64,000 nt of DNA, taken from positions 86,883-150,882 of the IMG/VR virus record IMGVR_UViG_3300034152_000478; one strand, 5' to 3'. Below the pieces are notes generated by a model. The model saw only the letters and a program-made list of their open reading frames with translations. It was not told where the DNA came from and made no database searches. The translations under genes were made by a program, and so were the position numbers. Below, in pieces: positions 28,526 through 38,922 of the stretch; position 1 is the stretch's first letter, and each line of letters starts with the position of its first letter. Origin of the DNA: a virus.

Positions 28526-29560
28526 CTACGCCTTCCTCTTCATAAACTTCGCGTTTTTCTTAAGCTCGAACAAGTTTGTAGCGCCGACTAAGGATAGGCC
28601 AGACTTAATCTCGCCAGCCAGACGCCTGATAATAATTTCGCTTTTCTCCTTTACTGGGAGAATCTTGCTGCCTCCCTCTGGCGCTGTGCCAGGCTTGACC
28701 CCGCCTTTGCGTAGCTTTTGAGCCTGCTCAGAAGCCATGCCATAATACAGCGCTTTCAGCTCCCCGTTAATGACAGTGAATCCCTCGGGTGGACACCAGC
28801 TTGAACCCGCCAGGAGACCACCTATCATGACTGCATCAGCTCCCAAGGCTAAAGCTTTGGTCATTGATCCACCAGCGACATGACTGCCGTCAGCTATAAC
28901 AGTGACTATCCTGTCGCCAGTTTCTGCTATGCGTGCGCCATCTACACATTCCGCCAATGAGGTTGCAGTAGGAACACCTACGCCTGTTACTTTCAGCGTC
29001 CAGCATACAGAGCCTCCCCCATTGGTTGCTCTAATGCAATCAGCGCCAGCTTCAGCCAGGTCTTTTGCTCCCTCGTAGGTAGAAACATTGCCAGCTATTA
29101 TCTGTAGCTTGGAGTAGTGTTTCTTGATGTATTTGATCATAGTGATGACGCGTGTGTAGTGCCCTATGTTGACATCAATACACACAATGCCAGCCAGTGA
29201 AGCCAGGGCTTTGAGTACTTCTTTACCCTCAGCTCCCAGCCCGATAGCAAATGCTGCATATTTTTTGGGAACTCCACCTTTGCGGATCGCCTTCATTTCT
29301 GATACAAGAGTTTGGGTGTCGGCCCAGCGATGAAGGATGCCAAGGGCTCCGATCTTATACATTCGGATGCACATTTTGGAGCCACAAACAGTGGGCATGG
29401 GGGCAGCTATAATGGGGATCTTCAGCGTAACGCCAGGTAGAATCTCGCTGTAAAGCTTGACGTGGCTACGCGAAACCACTTTTGATAGGCGGGGACGAAC
29501 CGTCAGCTCGTCGTATGTGTATCCCCTTTGTAATCCCTCTAACTTGTCTCTTGCTCCCAT
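28526..29560 (-). CDS. IMP dehydrogenase / GMP reductase family (no CBS domains)
   Basis: IPIIAAPMPTV, GILHR, AGNV, GGGSVC.T...GVGVP, IADG, YYGMAS, PEG. Confidence 0.9.
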   Translation of the reverse strand: MGARDKLEGLQRGYTYDELTVRPRLSKVVSRSHVKLYSEILPGVTLKIPIIAAPMPTVCGSKMCIRMYKIGALGILHRWADTQTLVSEMKAIRKGGVPKKYAAFAIGLGAEGKEVLKALASLAGIVCIDVNIGHYTRVITMIKYIKKHYSKLQIIAGNVSTYEGAKDLAEAGADCIRATNGGGSVCWTLKVTGVGVPTATSLAECVDGARIAETGDRIVTVIADGSHVAGGSMTKALALGADAVMIGGLLAGSSWCPPEGFTVINGELKALYYGMASEQAQKLRKGGVKPGTAPEGGSKILPVKEKSEIIIRRLAGEIKSGLSLVGATNLFELKKNAKFMKRKA

Positions 29561-29563
29561 AGG

Positions 29564-30181
29564 CTATCCTATTGCATCGATTAGATTGTATGCATGCTTG
29601 AAGATTTTTAGATAATCTTCCCGGCTTAATCCACCTCTCAATATATACGACGGATGGTATGTGGCAAAAACCATATACTCATAGCCGGTATAACCAGCTT
29701 GTATCCCAAACAGGCGAGCTTGTCTCAGCTCTCTGTAAGACATTTCCTTCACTTCATCAGTGATAGCGAATCGCTGGAAAAACTCACAGGCCGTAGCTCC
29801 CAACGCAACAATAGTAGCTGGATTAGTGACAGTAATCTCATTCCACAGATAGCCATTACACCTGGCAATCTCTGTAAAGTTGGGTTTCCTATTACCTGGC
29901 GGCCTACACTTTACCACATTTGTAATAGCATAACTTTGAAAGCCTGCCTCCTCCATGGTTGCTCTCAGCAATTGGCCAGCTTTGCCGACAAATGGTATTC
30001 CTTGTTCATCTTCATCCGCGCCAGGAGCTTCGCCTACAAACATAACCACTTTGTTACGGATACCCATTCGTATTTCGCTTTCAAGATCCGAGCAGCCAAC
30101 AAATCTGTAATCTATACCGACTACCTGTTTGCAGTGTGTGCAAAGATCGCAACAGTTACAATGGGCTATCTTAAAGTACAT
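29564..30181 (-). CDS. Uracil-DNA glycosylase family 4
   Basis: CxxCDLC, VGEAPGADED..G.PFVGKAG, NVVKCRPPGNR, TYHPS; start set at MYFKIAHC (30181). Confidence 0.9.
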   Translation of the reverse strand: MYFKIAHCNCCDLCTHCKQVVGIDYRFVGCSDLESEIRMGIRNKVVMFVGEAPGADEDEQGIPFVGKAGQLLRATMEEAGFQSYAITNVVKCRPPGNRKPNFTEIARCNGYLWNEITVTNPATIVALGATACEFFQRFAITDEVKEMSYRELRQARLFGIQAGYTGYEYMVFATYHPSYILRGGLSREDYLKIFKHAYNLIDAIG

Positions 30182-31301
30182 GGGATAATCTTGATTTTCC
30201 TCTTTCGGTGCAGACGCGTCTGTTCGTATAGTCGTCACCGTTCTTATTGAGAATGCGAGCCTCGATCATCTTGTGCAGCGTTCGCTTCAGTCGAGTCGTA
30301 GTGGTCATATAACCATGATCCTCGCAATGATTAGCAACCTGCGCAAAGGATGCTCTGTTGCCATTGGTTTCAATGAACTGATACACGTGCCGCTCAATCG
30401 GAGCCATTACGAGAAACTTGGCCGGGTTGCAATGCACAGTTTTGTCGACCAGATCCTTGGCGACAGCGAGCAAAGCATCGTCACCAAGCAGATCAGACAC
30501 GTTACACAGACGCTTGAGAAACGTCAGGATATCTATTACGTCATTCGCCTGTCGATAGAGAGCCTTGCCCGGCTCCAAATTCTCAGCCGCCTTCTTCAGG
30601 AATAGTTGCTTGGCGTACTCAGTCTCATCATCAGTGAGATTGTGGTCACACACAGAAAGCATGGCGTCCTGTAGTGCGTGCCACTCTTCCTGGGTCGGCT
30701 TCTGTCTGGTATCTGCAGTCGAGAAGAATGCCTCGTCGCTATCGTGCTGAGCCTCAATGTAACACAGTGTGAATCTCTCCAGCATGGCGACGATATGATC
30801 ATTCAGAGCCTTCTTAAAAGGTATTCCGTTGGTGGCTCCCAGCAAAACACCCGTGAACGGAATCGAGCTGGTGTTGCCATGCTTCAACCGGGACAGCGCA
30901 CCAGAGGCGATCTGCTTCAGGATGTTAATGTGCATAGCGGTATCTGCATCCAACTCATCTACAACTATTACGGCATCGTGATGTTCGACCAGCAACTCAA
31001 ACAGTCCAGGACCAGTAGATATACCAGACGGCACCCAGATTCCAAGCTGGTTGCCATACTGATCGACCTTGTGCAACTCCAGACCGTAGTAAATGCTCTT
31101 CAGGGTGCTCGTCTTGCCGCCGCCACCCTGGCCGACAGCCAGCACACCCTTGAATCCATTCTCAAACGACCTGCCGATACGAGGCGCATTGAATACACCT
31201 TGCAGTGTCAAATTGTATTCTATGCGGGCACGCAATGCTTTCAGAATAGACAATGCGAACTCGAAGTTTTCAGTCTTCCTGATAATTTCCAGAATGTTCA
31301 T
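30171..31301 (-). CDS. AAA+ ATPase (MCM/SF3-like) with C-terminal winged helix
   Basis: GQGGGGKTS, VVDELD, LLGATN (sensor 1), AMLERF (Arg finger). Confidence 0.65.
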   Translation of the reverse strand: MNILEIIRKTENFEFALSILKALRARIEYNLTLQGVFNAPRIGRSFENGFKGVLAVGQGGGGKTSTLKSIYYGLELHKVDQYGNQLGIWVPSGISTGPGLFELLVEHHDAVIVVDELDADTAMHINILKQIASGALSRLKHGNTSSIPFTGVLLGATNGIPFKKALNDHIVAMLERFTLCYIEAQHDSDEAFFSTADTRQKPTQEEWHALQDAMLSVCDHNLTDDETEYAKQLFLKKAAENLEPGKALYRQANDVIDILTFLKRLCNVSDLLGDDALLAVAKDLVDKTVHCNPAKFLVMAPIERHVYQFIETNGNRASFAQVANHCEDHGYMTTTTRLKRTLHKMIEARILNKNGDDYTNRRVCTERGKSRLSHVL

Positions 31302-31314
31302 GGCATCACACCTT

Positions 31315-32133
31315 TCAGATGTGCAACTCCTGCAGTCGCAGGCTAAAACCTCTGTCCGTCCAGAACTTCATGTGCATCATGGTAGCATACAAACAATAGG
31401 CTGCATGCTCGTGTGCCAACTCATGCCGCACGACTCCTGGCGTAATATATATCTCCTCCATGCTAAGGCGCTCAAGAGGACGGTGCCCGTTTACCAGGCG
31501 AGCCTTCAAGTCCTTAGAATGGATGGCGACAAATGCATCGTACATTCTCTTTAATAACTTCTGTATTACCTCCTGCTTTAATGGCTCACGTCCAGAATGC
31601 ACCGACAGGACTCGCTTAAACTCTCGCAGATCCATCGTTCCTCGAAACGCATGGAAGATCCTGCTTATGTCTAATGTCAAAGGAAAAACTATGTTGTGAG
31701 ACTTGTCAGTTTTCACTACAGGACCGAGCCCGTGCATCTTATCTGGCACCACATGATCGTAAAGATGAAAACAAAAGTAACCAGTCAGATAACCTCGCAG
31801 TGCCTTGGTGTCAACGAGCAGTTTAGATACAAGCTTTTTACCGAACCAGTATTTGTATGTTTGTACGACCTGACCACCATCCTCTGCATTATCCAGCAGC
31901 CACTTGTCGGCAGCTTCGTGCTTGCCTATTTGTGGTATTCCTAAGTAGGACGCCGGGTGTTCACAGCTATTAAGATACTCGCTCCACAGCATACAGTGGC
32001 GCATTAAGTCTCGATAGTTAGGATCATTCTTCGCATGAACCCGCACGTGACTCATTGCATCAAGTAAAGCTATGCACCTATCGGTGTCTTCCATTTTAGG
32101 AAGGATGGTGATGAAGGGTCCTATGCTCCCCAT
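31315..32133 (-). CDS. Hypothetical protein (C-terminal HExxH)
   Basis: VVRHELAHEH motif. Confidence 0.5.
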   Translation of the reverse strand: MGSIGPFITILPKMEDTDRCIALLDAMSHVRVHAKNDPNYRDLMRHCMLWSEYLNSCEHPASYLGIPQIGKHEAADKWLLDNAEDGGQVVQTYKYWFGKKLVSKLLVDTKALRGYLTGYFCFHLYDHVVPDKMHGLGPVVKTDKSHNIVFPLTLDISRIFHAFRGTMDLREFKRVLSVHSGREPLKQEVIQKLLKRMYDAFVAIHSKDLKARLVNGHRPLERLSMEEIYITPGVVRHELAHEHAAYCLYATMMHMKFWTDRGFSLRLQELHI

Positions 32134-32671
32134 TGAAAAACTTGAATGCCCTTATAGCTTGCGCGGGTCCAAGTGTGTTGTCATCAATCGTGATACCCGC
32201 ATATGGTTTTATGGTCTCAGTCCAAATCTTGAAACGCTTAAGTCCGTACTTGTCGAGCAGTTTTTGTAGCTGCTTCTTATGCCATGCAGCTTCACATTGC
32301 CCGCCGACAGTCATAGGGTCAAGACGACATGTCCAAACGTATATCTCGTACTCTTCTGGTAGCTGTAATAGCCAGTTGATCAGCGGCCAATTCAATTTGC
32401 CGAACCAGGGATACTCATTGACAGCCAGTGTATCGTCCATATCGACAAAGACACGCTTTTTACCCACCTCATAAAATTCATCAGGATAGACTGCATAATC
32501 ATGAGAATTGATGTCATTGTGATCGTACAGGCTGGTTTCGTCGGAATCTTCTGAGCTTTCTATGCTAATGTTGCCACACTTACACGTCCAGTCTGATGGA
32601 TAATGCGTGGCTTCTTTGCAACGCAGGCATTTAATAACACCATGACCTTCAAGAAGAGAAGTTTCTATCAT
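32096..32671 (-). CDS. HAD-superfamily phosphatase with N-terminal Zn ribbon
   Basis: CLRC..CKCG; FVDMDDTL, WTCR, KP, IDD. Confidence 0.75.
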   Translation of the reverse strand: MIETSLLEGHGVIKCLRCKEATHYPSDWTCKCGNISIESSEDSDETSLYDHNDINSHDYAVYPDEFYEVGKKRVFVDMDDTLAVNEYPWFGKLNWPLINWLLQLPEEYEIYVWTCRLDPMTVGGQCEAAWHKKQLQKLLDKYGLKRFKIWTETIKPYAGITIDDNTLGPAQAIRAFKFFNGEHRTLHHHPS

Positions 32672-33006
32672 TGCAAATCTACTCCGAAGCAGGCAAACGC
32701 ATCGTTCTCGCCTTCGTGGAATTTGCGCCTTGACTTCTTAGCCAGCTTAGCCCAGGTTCGCATTTCCAAATCAGCGCTATGAATCCTTGCGTAACAATCC
32801 AAGCATACATCTTCGCGTATGTCTTCGATCTCTACTTGATTGCCACAGTGCGGACACTGAATCATTCGACTTGCTCTTTCGGTTGTGTTAAAATATACAG
32901 CTCCAAGCCAGCCGCGCTCACAGTCTCATATGCACCGTGTATCATCGCAGCCAGCCTGGCGGAACATTCCACCAGCATTCCAGCCTTAAACCAAAGCAGA
33001 TAAGTA

Positions 33007-33396
33007 TTATTCACCAAACGGTAAATCTCCAAAGTCCAATCCGTCGAACGGGCTCCCATGTTGTCCGTAAGACTGCAGGTTGGTGCCACCCTCCTCCGGG
33101 CTAAATCGCAAACAAATATCAATGTTCGGTGATGTCAATACCTGACGAGGTATCTTTCCGATACAAGCCAGCAAGGTAGTAATGTGCTCCATGCTTTGTT
33201 GTACCGTCGAGTTAATTGCTGCTTCACCTCCAGCTCCCTCACTGAGAGTGTTTCTCAATAGCTCGCACAGCATTCTGCTGATATGCGCCTGTCCGTTTTT
33301 CACACCCACTGCAAGTGACAGCAGGTTATAGACTGTGTAGAAAACTTTCAGCGGTATGTGGAGTGTTAGTTCGGTCTTGTAGTTTTCACCTTCCAC
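33007..33396 (-). CDS. Hypothetical protein
   Basis: Tiled ORF; neighbours 32668..32865, 32862..33122, 33386..33622 and 33531..33713 are similar small hypotheticals. Confidence 0.5.
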   Translation of the reverse strand: MEGENYKTELTLHIPLKVFYTVYNLLSLAVGVKNGQAHISRMLCELLRNTLSEGAGGEAAINSTVQQSMEHITTLLACIGKIPRQVLTSPNIDICLRFSPEEGGTNLQSYGQHGSPFDGLDFGDLPFGE

Positions 33397-33719
33397 ACCA
33401 AACCTCTATCATAGTTCTGTCGTAGCCGCGCCCTTGTCCCAACTCCGTTCTATGTCGACGAATGAAGTAAGTGTGGTTCTTGATGCGCTCAACCACCTCG
33501 GCATACCAACGCATCCAAAAGTCTGTGCCTTTATACCCTTCCGCCTTTAGTAGTGTCGCTGTTCTGAAAGTACCGATCCAAGTGCGCTCGGACATGACGT
33601 ACCTCTTTGAGAATGTCGCCAAGTCTGAAAAGACAAAGTGTCAATATAAAGACAGTAAGGACGCCAATAGGCATCACCCAACCAAGTATATCACGCACTT
33701 CGTTTGTTGTCAAGTGATT

Positions 33720-34079
33720 TTATTCCTCTCGCGGATTAAATTGCTCTAAGATATCATCATAGGTGGCTTCTTCAACTTCGTCTTCGCCACAGCAAGAAGG
33801 ATCGACAGCAACCTCTTCGTCAATAGCAGGGCCGTCAGGATCAACAGCAGGAACGTCGAGCACTGGTTCACCAGTGTCGGTAGCTCGGACTCCAGCGACT
33901 TCAGGAGCCTCAGGGGCGGGGGACGCCCCCACTTTCTTTTTGGGCGTTCGAGGGGCGCGTGTCTCACGCACGTTGTTTTCTCGATTGGCACGATAGAGAC
34001 CCCAACAGCCTTCGCAGTCTGTGCGTGGCTTACGTAGTCCTTTATAAGTTGGGTGCTCAGAACACTTTACTTCACTCAT
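33720..34079 (-). CDS. Small Zn-finger protein with acidic tail
   Basis: CSEHP.YKG..KP..DCEGC; AGGAGG RBS; first gene downstream of promoters. Confidence 0.6.
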   Translation of the reverse strand: MSEVKCSEHPTYKGLRKPRTDCEGCWGLYRANRENNVRETRAPRTPKKKVGASPAPEAPEVAGVRATDTGEPVLDVPAVDPDGPAIDEEVAVDPSCCGEDEVEEATYDDILEQFNPREE

Positions 34080-34131
34080 TTCAATCCCTCCTTACAGTTG
34101 GATGTGTACACATAGGCAAAATGTCCTCTAT

Positions 34132-34155
34132 TATAATATCGGTCCGATTTGCCAC
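34132..34155 (-). promoter_or_regulatory. Repeated motif GTGGCAA-N6-CCGATA-N-TATA (candidate alternative-sigma promoter)
   Basis: Same motif at 55448-55471; variant at 38937-38955; all intergenic. Confidence 0.55.
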
Positions 34156-34183
34156 TTGACTTTAATCTTTTTCCCTTTTTAAT

Positions 34184-34212
34184 ATTATACCATCTTTTCC
34201 CAGATTTGTCAA
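34184..34212 (-). promoter_or_regulatory. Consensus sigma70 promoter heading the 34-kb operon
   Basis: TTGACA-17-TATAAT with extended -10 TG. Confidence 0.85.
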
Positions 34213-34298
34213 ATGTATGGTTTTCAGACACCGTTCGTAGAAAGCTGTCAGATCGTCTGTATTGGCTTGTAATCGCACCCTACTCAGAACATTCGGGG

Positions 34299-34335
34299 AA
34301 AAACGAGAGCCCCCAGGGGCTGCCTGAGGGCTCTT
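34299..34335 (-). terminator. Rho-independent terminator after tRNA
   Basis: AGAGCCCTCAGG-loop-CCTGGGGGCTCT followed by CGTTTTT. Confidence 0.8.
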
Positions 34336-34374
34336 GGCTGGAGGACTGCGGCCCTCGGACTTCTCATTGTGTAA

Positions 34375-34449
34375 TGGAGCGGCCAGCGGGACTCGAACCC
34401 GCATTGTCGACTTGGCAAGCCGATGCACTACCAGTTGTACTATGGCCGC
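34375..34449 (-). tRNA. tRNA-Gly (GCC)
   Basis: Full cloverleaf: GCGGCCA/TGGCCGC acceptor stem, TCGGC-TTGCCAA-GTCGA anticodon arm, GGTTCGAGTCC T arm, encoded CCA. Confidence 0.97.
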
Positions 34450-34503
34450 CTTATTATCTGTAATACGTCACAGAACCAGTCCGGCTATTACTGACCCTGC
34501 TAA

Positions 34504-35082
34504 TTACTCAGACATATCCAGACTGATTAGTACCTTCCCAACGCGCAGCGGCTGGTCGCTGATATGCACGATCTGGCCACCACTAATATAGTGCTTGTGG
34601 AATGTGCCCTGCGGCGTCTTCCAGTACAGATACCTGATTGAGCTACCATAGGTGCCATCGTCCTGGATTACCTCGGTCGTGCGACGCATCTGTCCGCTGA
34701 TCTCCACCGGGATACCACGAAGCTCATAGCTACAACTCTGATTGTCCTGCGCTGCAACGCTGTAAGGCTTCAGTCGCTTCCCGGAAGATGTCACCTTGCC
34801 ATCAACAGCCGAGTAGAGAATGACATCGCCACTAAAGGCAGAGATAACATACAGGTGCTTAATAGAGCCCGGCCTGTTGTCTTCCCTCAAGCGATGAACG
34901 ATGTTGCGCTGTTCAGCCGTCATGCCCTTGGCATCAGTCTTAACAATGTCGTTGGTGACTGAAACCTGACGCACGCCAGACTCAGTAGTGGGCTTACTTT
35001 CCTCTCCACTGGGACAACCAGTCAGAGTAAGCAGCACGATTACTGCCGCAAGAATAGCAAAAACAAACCAAACGTTTCTCAT
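34504..35082 (-). CDS. Putative lipoprotein (conserved phage type)
   Basis: LTLTGC lipobox; GKVTSSGKRL...DDGTYGSS motif. Confidence 0.65.
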   Translation of the reverse strand: MRNVWFVFAILAAVIVLLTLTGCPSGEESKPTTESGVRQVSVTNDIVKTDAKGMTAEQRNIVHRLREDNRPGSIKHLYVISAFSGDVILYSAVDGKVTSSGKRLKPYSVAAQDNQSCSYELRGIPVEISGQMRRTTEVIQDDGTYGSSIRYLYWKTPQGTFHKHYISGGQIVHISDQPLRVGKVLISLDMSE

Positions 35083-35094
35083 AAGTGACCTCCT

Positions 35095-35565
35095 TTATCG
35101 AGTAAGGTAAGTAGCAAACTTGCGAGGCAAAGGCTCCAGGTTAGCCGGTAGACCTGCAGGCATCTGTCCAGCATTACAAAATGCATAGTTGAACTTGGCC
35201 ATTTGTGCATTGTAGTCGGCTGCCAGGTTGTTGAATTGTGACTTGACCGCGACAGTTTCTGCTCGACTCATAGCGTAATCCTGTCTCACATCTCGTGGCC
35301 AATCTTTGCGGTCCTCACCATAGTTATCCACAAAAGACTTGACGTTCTCTTCAAAGACAGCGATCTTGGATCTCATACTGTCCAAAGCAGCAGCCTGATC
35401 CTTGAACCACTCGTACTTCTGGAGCAGCCTGGTCGGGCTAAACTCTTTCTTTGCTACGTTAATAGCATCCTTTGCGAACCAGCCGACAAGGCTGGCAACG
35501 CAACCGCCCGCCACCAGAATGACCACACACATTGTGATGCCTAAACCTAAAGCGACTTTCTTCAT
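35095..35565 (-). CDS. Membrane-anchored coiled-coil protein
   Basis: N-terminal TM; YEWFKD...ADYNAQM motif; paired with the neighbouring lipoprotein. Confidence 0.6.
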   Translation of the reverse strand: MKKVALGLGITMCVVILVAGGCVASLVGWFAKDAINVAKKEFSPTRLLQKYEWFKDQAAALDSMRSKIAVFEENVKSFVDNYGEDRKDWPRDVRQDYAMSRAETVAVKSQFNNLAADYNAQMAKFNYAFCNAGQMPAGLPANLEPLPRKFATYLTR

Positions 35566-35592
35566 GAAACTACCTCCGTAAAAGTGAAACTA

Positions 35593-35937
35593 CTACTCTT
35601 CTTTGAAAAAGGGATGTCGTTTACAAAAGAAGTCTGGCGGCGAGTGTCGATCATGCATTTGCATACCAGGCTCGTGACAGCAGCCAAGCCCAGCTTCTTC
35701 ACGTGATATGTGTCGCTCTCCCCTGTCGTCCCAAATTGTACCAAAGTGTTCCCAATACTCACAGGTGCGACAGCAAACGTCCTCGCCAAGAGTAAGCTGT
35801 TTGCCTTCGGCAGCTTTGACTATTAATCCGTAGAACTGGTCTGTAGCCCTCTTAAGCTTATACAAAGCTGGCAGATTTTCTTCTACCTCTTTCAGCAGCT
35901 TGACCATTGCGTCGAGGTCTTCTTGCTTCATGACCAC
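35593..35937 (-). CDS. Hypothetical protein (Cys-rich C-terminus)
   Basis: ORF with GGAG RBS. Confidence 0.5.
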   Translation of the reverse strand: MVMKQEDLDAMVKLLKEVEENLPALYKLKRATDQFYGLIVKAAEGKQLTLGEDVCCRTCEYWEHFGTIWDDRGERHISREEAGLGCCHEPGMQMHDRHSPPDFFCKRHPFFKEE

Positions 35938-36191
35938 TCCTAATCAGGTGGCAGCCAAGTCTCAATAAGTTTCGGCTTCGGTCCAGACAGATCGTATTCG
36001 CAACATTCGTTTTCTTCTGGCACGGTATCAAACAGGGCGCACACCCCGATACCGCACAAACATCGAAGTGTCAGGTGATTCAATCTGCTTGATATGTCCC
36101 AGGTTTGCTGCCCTTTATACCAACGTGGTTCGACAGTAAATACATCATAGTCGTCCCATTCTTTATTGTATGTCAACCAAACTATCATGGC

Positions 36192-36620
36192 CTATTCCTC
36201 GTCAAATGTCACAACGAAGCTAATCGAATTAGACTGGTCAGATTCAAGCCCGTTGCGGAAGTGTGTAGCGTACAGGTCGTATGTGCCTGCTGCCAGATTG
36301 TACTGTTCACGCAAGTCTTTGAATGGTACTCGTGTCGTGCCAGGCTCTACCTCCAGTGTGAATCCGTTTGAGAAGTATAAGTAGGTACCATCGATGTTGG
36401 TATCGCCCTCGTCCCAGGCAATCACACCGTGCCAAATAGATGCTCGCGTCGTTGCCACGATCTCCCCGGCCTTGTACACGTGCATGGTATAGACTAAATG
36501 GCCGTATTCTTCTGGTGTATCTACAATGGTGCCATGGGTCGCACTGCCACCCACCACGATCCTTTCACCCTGCTTGACAACAAACGAATAGAGTAGCGGA
36601 CTATGCCCATTCCAGGACAC
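36192..36620 (-). CDS. Hypothetical beta-rich protein (Ig/FN3-like end)
   Basis: GTG start; C-terminal NGLESDQSNSISF. Confidence 0.4.
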   Translation of the reverse strand: MSWNGHSPLLYSFVVKQGERIVVGGSATHGTIVDTPEEYGHLVYTMHVYKAGEIVATTRASIWHGVIAWDEGDTNIDGTYLYFSNGFTLEVEPGTTRVPFKDLREQYNLAAGTYDLYATHFRNGLESDQSNSISFVVTFDEE

Positions 36621-36847
36621 TTCAATTCGCCTTCGGGCGTCAGAATAAAATCACACTCCTTGTTCTCATTGTATTCTTCACGGTATTCCTCTGCACTATC
36701 GTGGAACTCCATGTATTCCATGGGTGGCTGGTCTTCGCCACCGCAGTTTTCCATATAAGGCAGGAGAGCCTTGCGGACAGCCTCTTGCAGACCCAGCTCG
36801 TTTACCTTTTCGTTGGAAAGCTTAACCAGAACAGTAAAGTGTGACAT
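36521..36847 (-). CDS. Hypothetical phage protein (MSHFTVLV type), possibly truncated
   Basis: GGAG RBS; 100-bp overlap with next ORF. Confidence 0.45.
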   Translation of the reverse strand: MSHFTVLVKLSNEKVNELGLQEAVRKALLPYMENCGGEDQPPMEYMEFHDSAEEYREEYNENKECDFILTPEGELKCPGMGIVRYSIRLLSSRVKGSWWVAVRPMAPL

Positions 36848-36856
36848 GATTGCTCC

Positions 36857-37138
36857 TCAAGTTTTTCTTCTTGGCCTCTTACATTTCAAAAACGTCGGGC
36901 ATTTTTTTGGTATTACAAACGCTGTGAATCTTTCGCCCAAGCCCGCTTCCGGTTGATTCTTAACTGCCTCCGCCAGATCGCTATTGGCAAACCCCAGCGG
37001 GATAGCGTAGTCTCCCCAGTAGCAGGCATACAACTCGTCATCCAGATATTTTCCTCCGACTTTGCCGCATGAACACCATCTAATCTCCTGCGCCATTTTT
37101 ATTACGTCGGAGCACTTCGCGCATAGCAGTAACTTCAT
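36857..37138 (-). CDS. Small Cys-rich phage protein
   Basis: CAKCSD...WCSCG. Confidence 0.55.
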   Translation of the reverse strand: MKLLLCAKCSDVIKMAQEIRWCSCGKVGGKYLDDELYACYWGDYAIPLGFANSDLAEAVKNQPEAGLGERFTAFVIPKKCPTFLKCKRPRRKT

Positions 37139-37619
37139 CTTCTTCTATCTCCATTTCGCAAATCTCATGTATAAACACGAGCTTTGCCCGTGACAAATCT
37201 CTCTCTTGCAACAGTCTACTCGTGGTTTTAGTTTTGACATCCTGGCTTACTTCAAGTGAAGCAACTTTGGCTTTGAGTTTCTTTTCTTTCTTCTGTGCCA
37301 GCAATAAGCTAATACCGAGTAGTATGTCGCATACAATCGCAACAATACCAGCACCAATAATGATGCCGAATATTCCTTCAGGTAGTGTTATCATTATCTC
37401 ACTCCATCGAATCCGTCTTTATAACCCATGAAGTATGTCAAAGCATCATGGGCATTGGCGAACTTTCTTTCCTGACCATATCTTACGAAGATCAGCACCA
37501 CACTGAAGTCTCCGTCACTTATTTCCGAGTGCACTTCCTCCAGTAACGGCACTCGTTCGTTGAATGCACTCAGCACTTCCTTTAGCGTTTGAATCGTGCT
37601 CTCACTCATGGCTGCCTCC

Positions 37620-38303
37620 TCACGTAATATTGAGATCGCTTTTACTTAGGCTAATCAATTTGTGATAGCGCCGCCAGTAGACTTTATCTGTCATGCCAGC
37701 GCCCTTTAGTTTGCCGTCCACTTGATTTTCAAGAATATAGCCTCGACCCAAACACTGCATAACGAGCTTACGGATTGCAGGCAAGTCCAAGCCCAATCGC
37801 TCTGCTTGTTTGTGTGCCCATTCCCATGCTTTCAATTCATGGTACAGGGTATAGTTGTCGTAGTTGAGTTTCGTGCCGAGATCAGTGACAATGTGTCCCG
37901 CCTCGTGCAGTGTCAATCCATATACCTGGTCCCGTGGTAGTGTGCCGGTGAAAGCCATTACTATCTGGCTGTTGAAAATCTCGATCCCCTCGAACGGCTT
38001 CCGCACTATGTCAATGTCTTCCTGTGCCAACTCCATCAGCATCATTGCAATCGGTGGATGTCCTTCGACGGCAATGAAGCACCAGCCGAAATTCTTGAAA
38101 AACTCCAGTATGGAAATTCCTATGTCGTTAAGGAAGTAATCAAGGTAGCTGCCGTGCCGGTAGATTATGATTGCGAAGAGGTTGTCCAGCTTCGCTCTTT
38201 CCAGCATGGCATCAAACAGGGCGTCGTCGTGATGCCCGTATACCTTGTCGCTTTCTTTGGAATCCCACTCCTGGAAATAATAGGCTATCTTGTACCTTTT
38301 CAT
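37620..38303 (-). CDS. HExxH metallopeptidase-like (ImmA/IrrE-type) protein
   Basis: LHEAGH ... ELKAWEWA. Confidence 0.55.
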   Translation of the reverse strand: MKRYKIAYYFQEWDSKESDKVYGHHDDALFDAMLERAKLDNLFAIIIYRHGSYLDYFLNDIGISILEFFKNFGWCFIAVEGHPPIAMMLMELAQEDIDIVRKPFEGIEIFNSQIVMAFTGTLPRDQVYGLTLHEAGHIVTDLGTKLNYDNYTLYHELKAWEWAHKQAERLGLDLPAIRKLVMQCLGRGYILENQVDGKLKGAGMTDKVYWRRYHKLISLSKSDLNIT

Positions 38304-38682
38304 CTAATCTCGATTGGCTGTAGGTTCCGGTTAAAGTAGCCATGATTATCACAGCGCCAAACCATTCTCCCTCGCCCGCCTCGAATGCACAGACGCACGA
38401 TCGGCATCTTGGCACTACACTTGGGACAGGGCTTTTCGACTCTCTGAATTGGTGTGCCAGCTTGTTTCTTAGCCATTCTTAAACCCGCAGACAATAGCCG
38501 CGATGAAAATCACATTGATGAACAGTAGTCCTATCACACCCATCATGATCGGGTCTATGTAGTCCGATAGAGTTTTGCCTTTAGAACGCTCTTCCTTAAT
38601 GATGCCTACCAACATCTTAATCATGAAGAAGTTGGCTGCTACCACCAGTATAATTAATGCAATCACTACGATGATCTGCACC

Positions 38683-38922
38683 TTACTTCTCCTCGTGATG
38701 GACTATCTTGTGACAGTTAGCACAGAGAACTATACACTTCTTCATTTCTTTCATAGCCGCCGTAAAAGACTGACGAGCCAGGACAGCTACGTTTGCTTTC
38801 TTCGTGTTTCCATCCACGTGATGATATTCGTGTGTCCTCCAGTCTCTATTGCCGCAACGTGAGCACACCTGCTGTATGCGCCAGTTGTGGAATTTTATCA
38901 GAGCTTTTCTGCGATTCGACAT
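38683..38922 (-). CDS. Small HNH endonuclease-like protein
   Basis: CSRCG...EYHH.D...KCIVLCANCHKIVH. Confidence 0.8.
   Translation of the reverse strand: MSNRRKALIKFHNWRIQQVCSRCGNRDWRTHEYHHVDGNTKKANVAVLARQSFTAAMKEMKKCIVLCANCHKIVHHEEK

Noticed and set aside
34102-34113. Palindrome ATGTGTACACAT, with GTGTACACA also at 55227 and 55328
   Set aside because: Too short and too few copies to call an operator
34336-34374. Theta/HDV ribozyme downstream of tRNA-Gly
   Set aside because: CCA is encoded and the trailer shows no nested double pseudoknot
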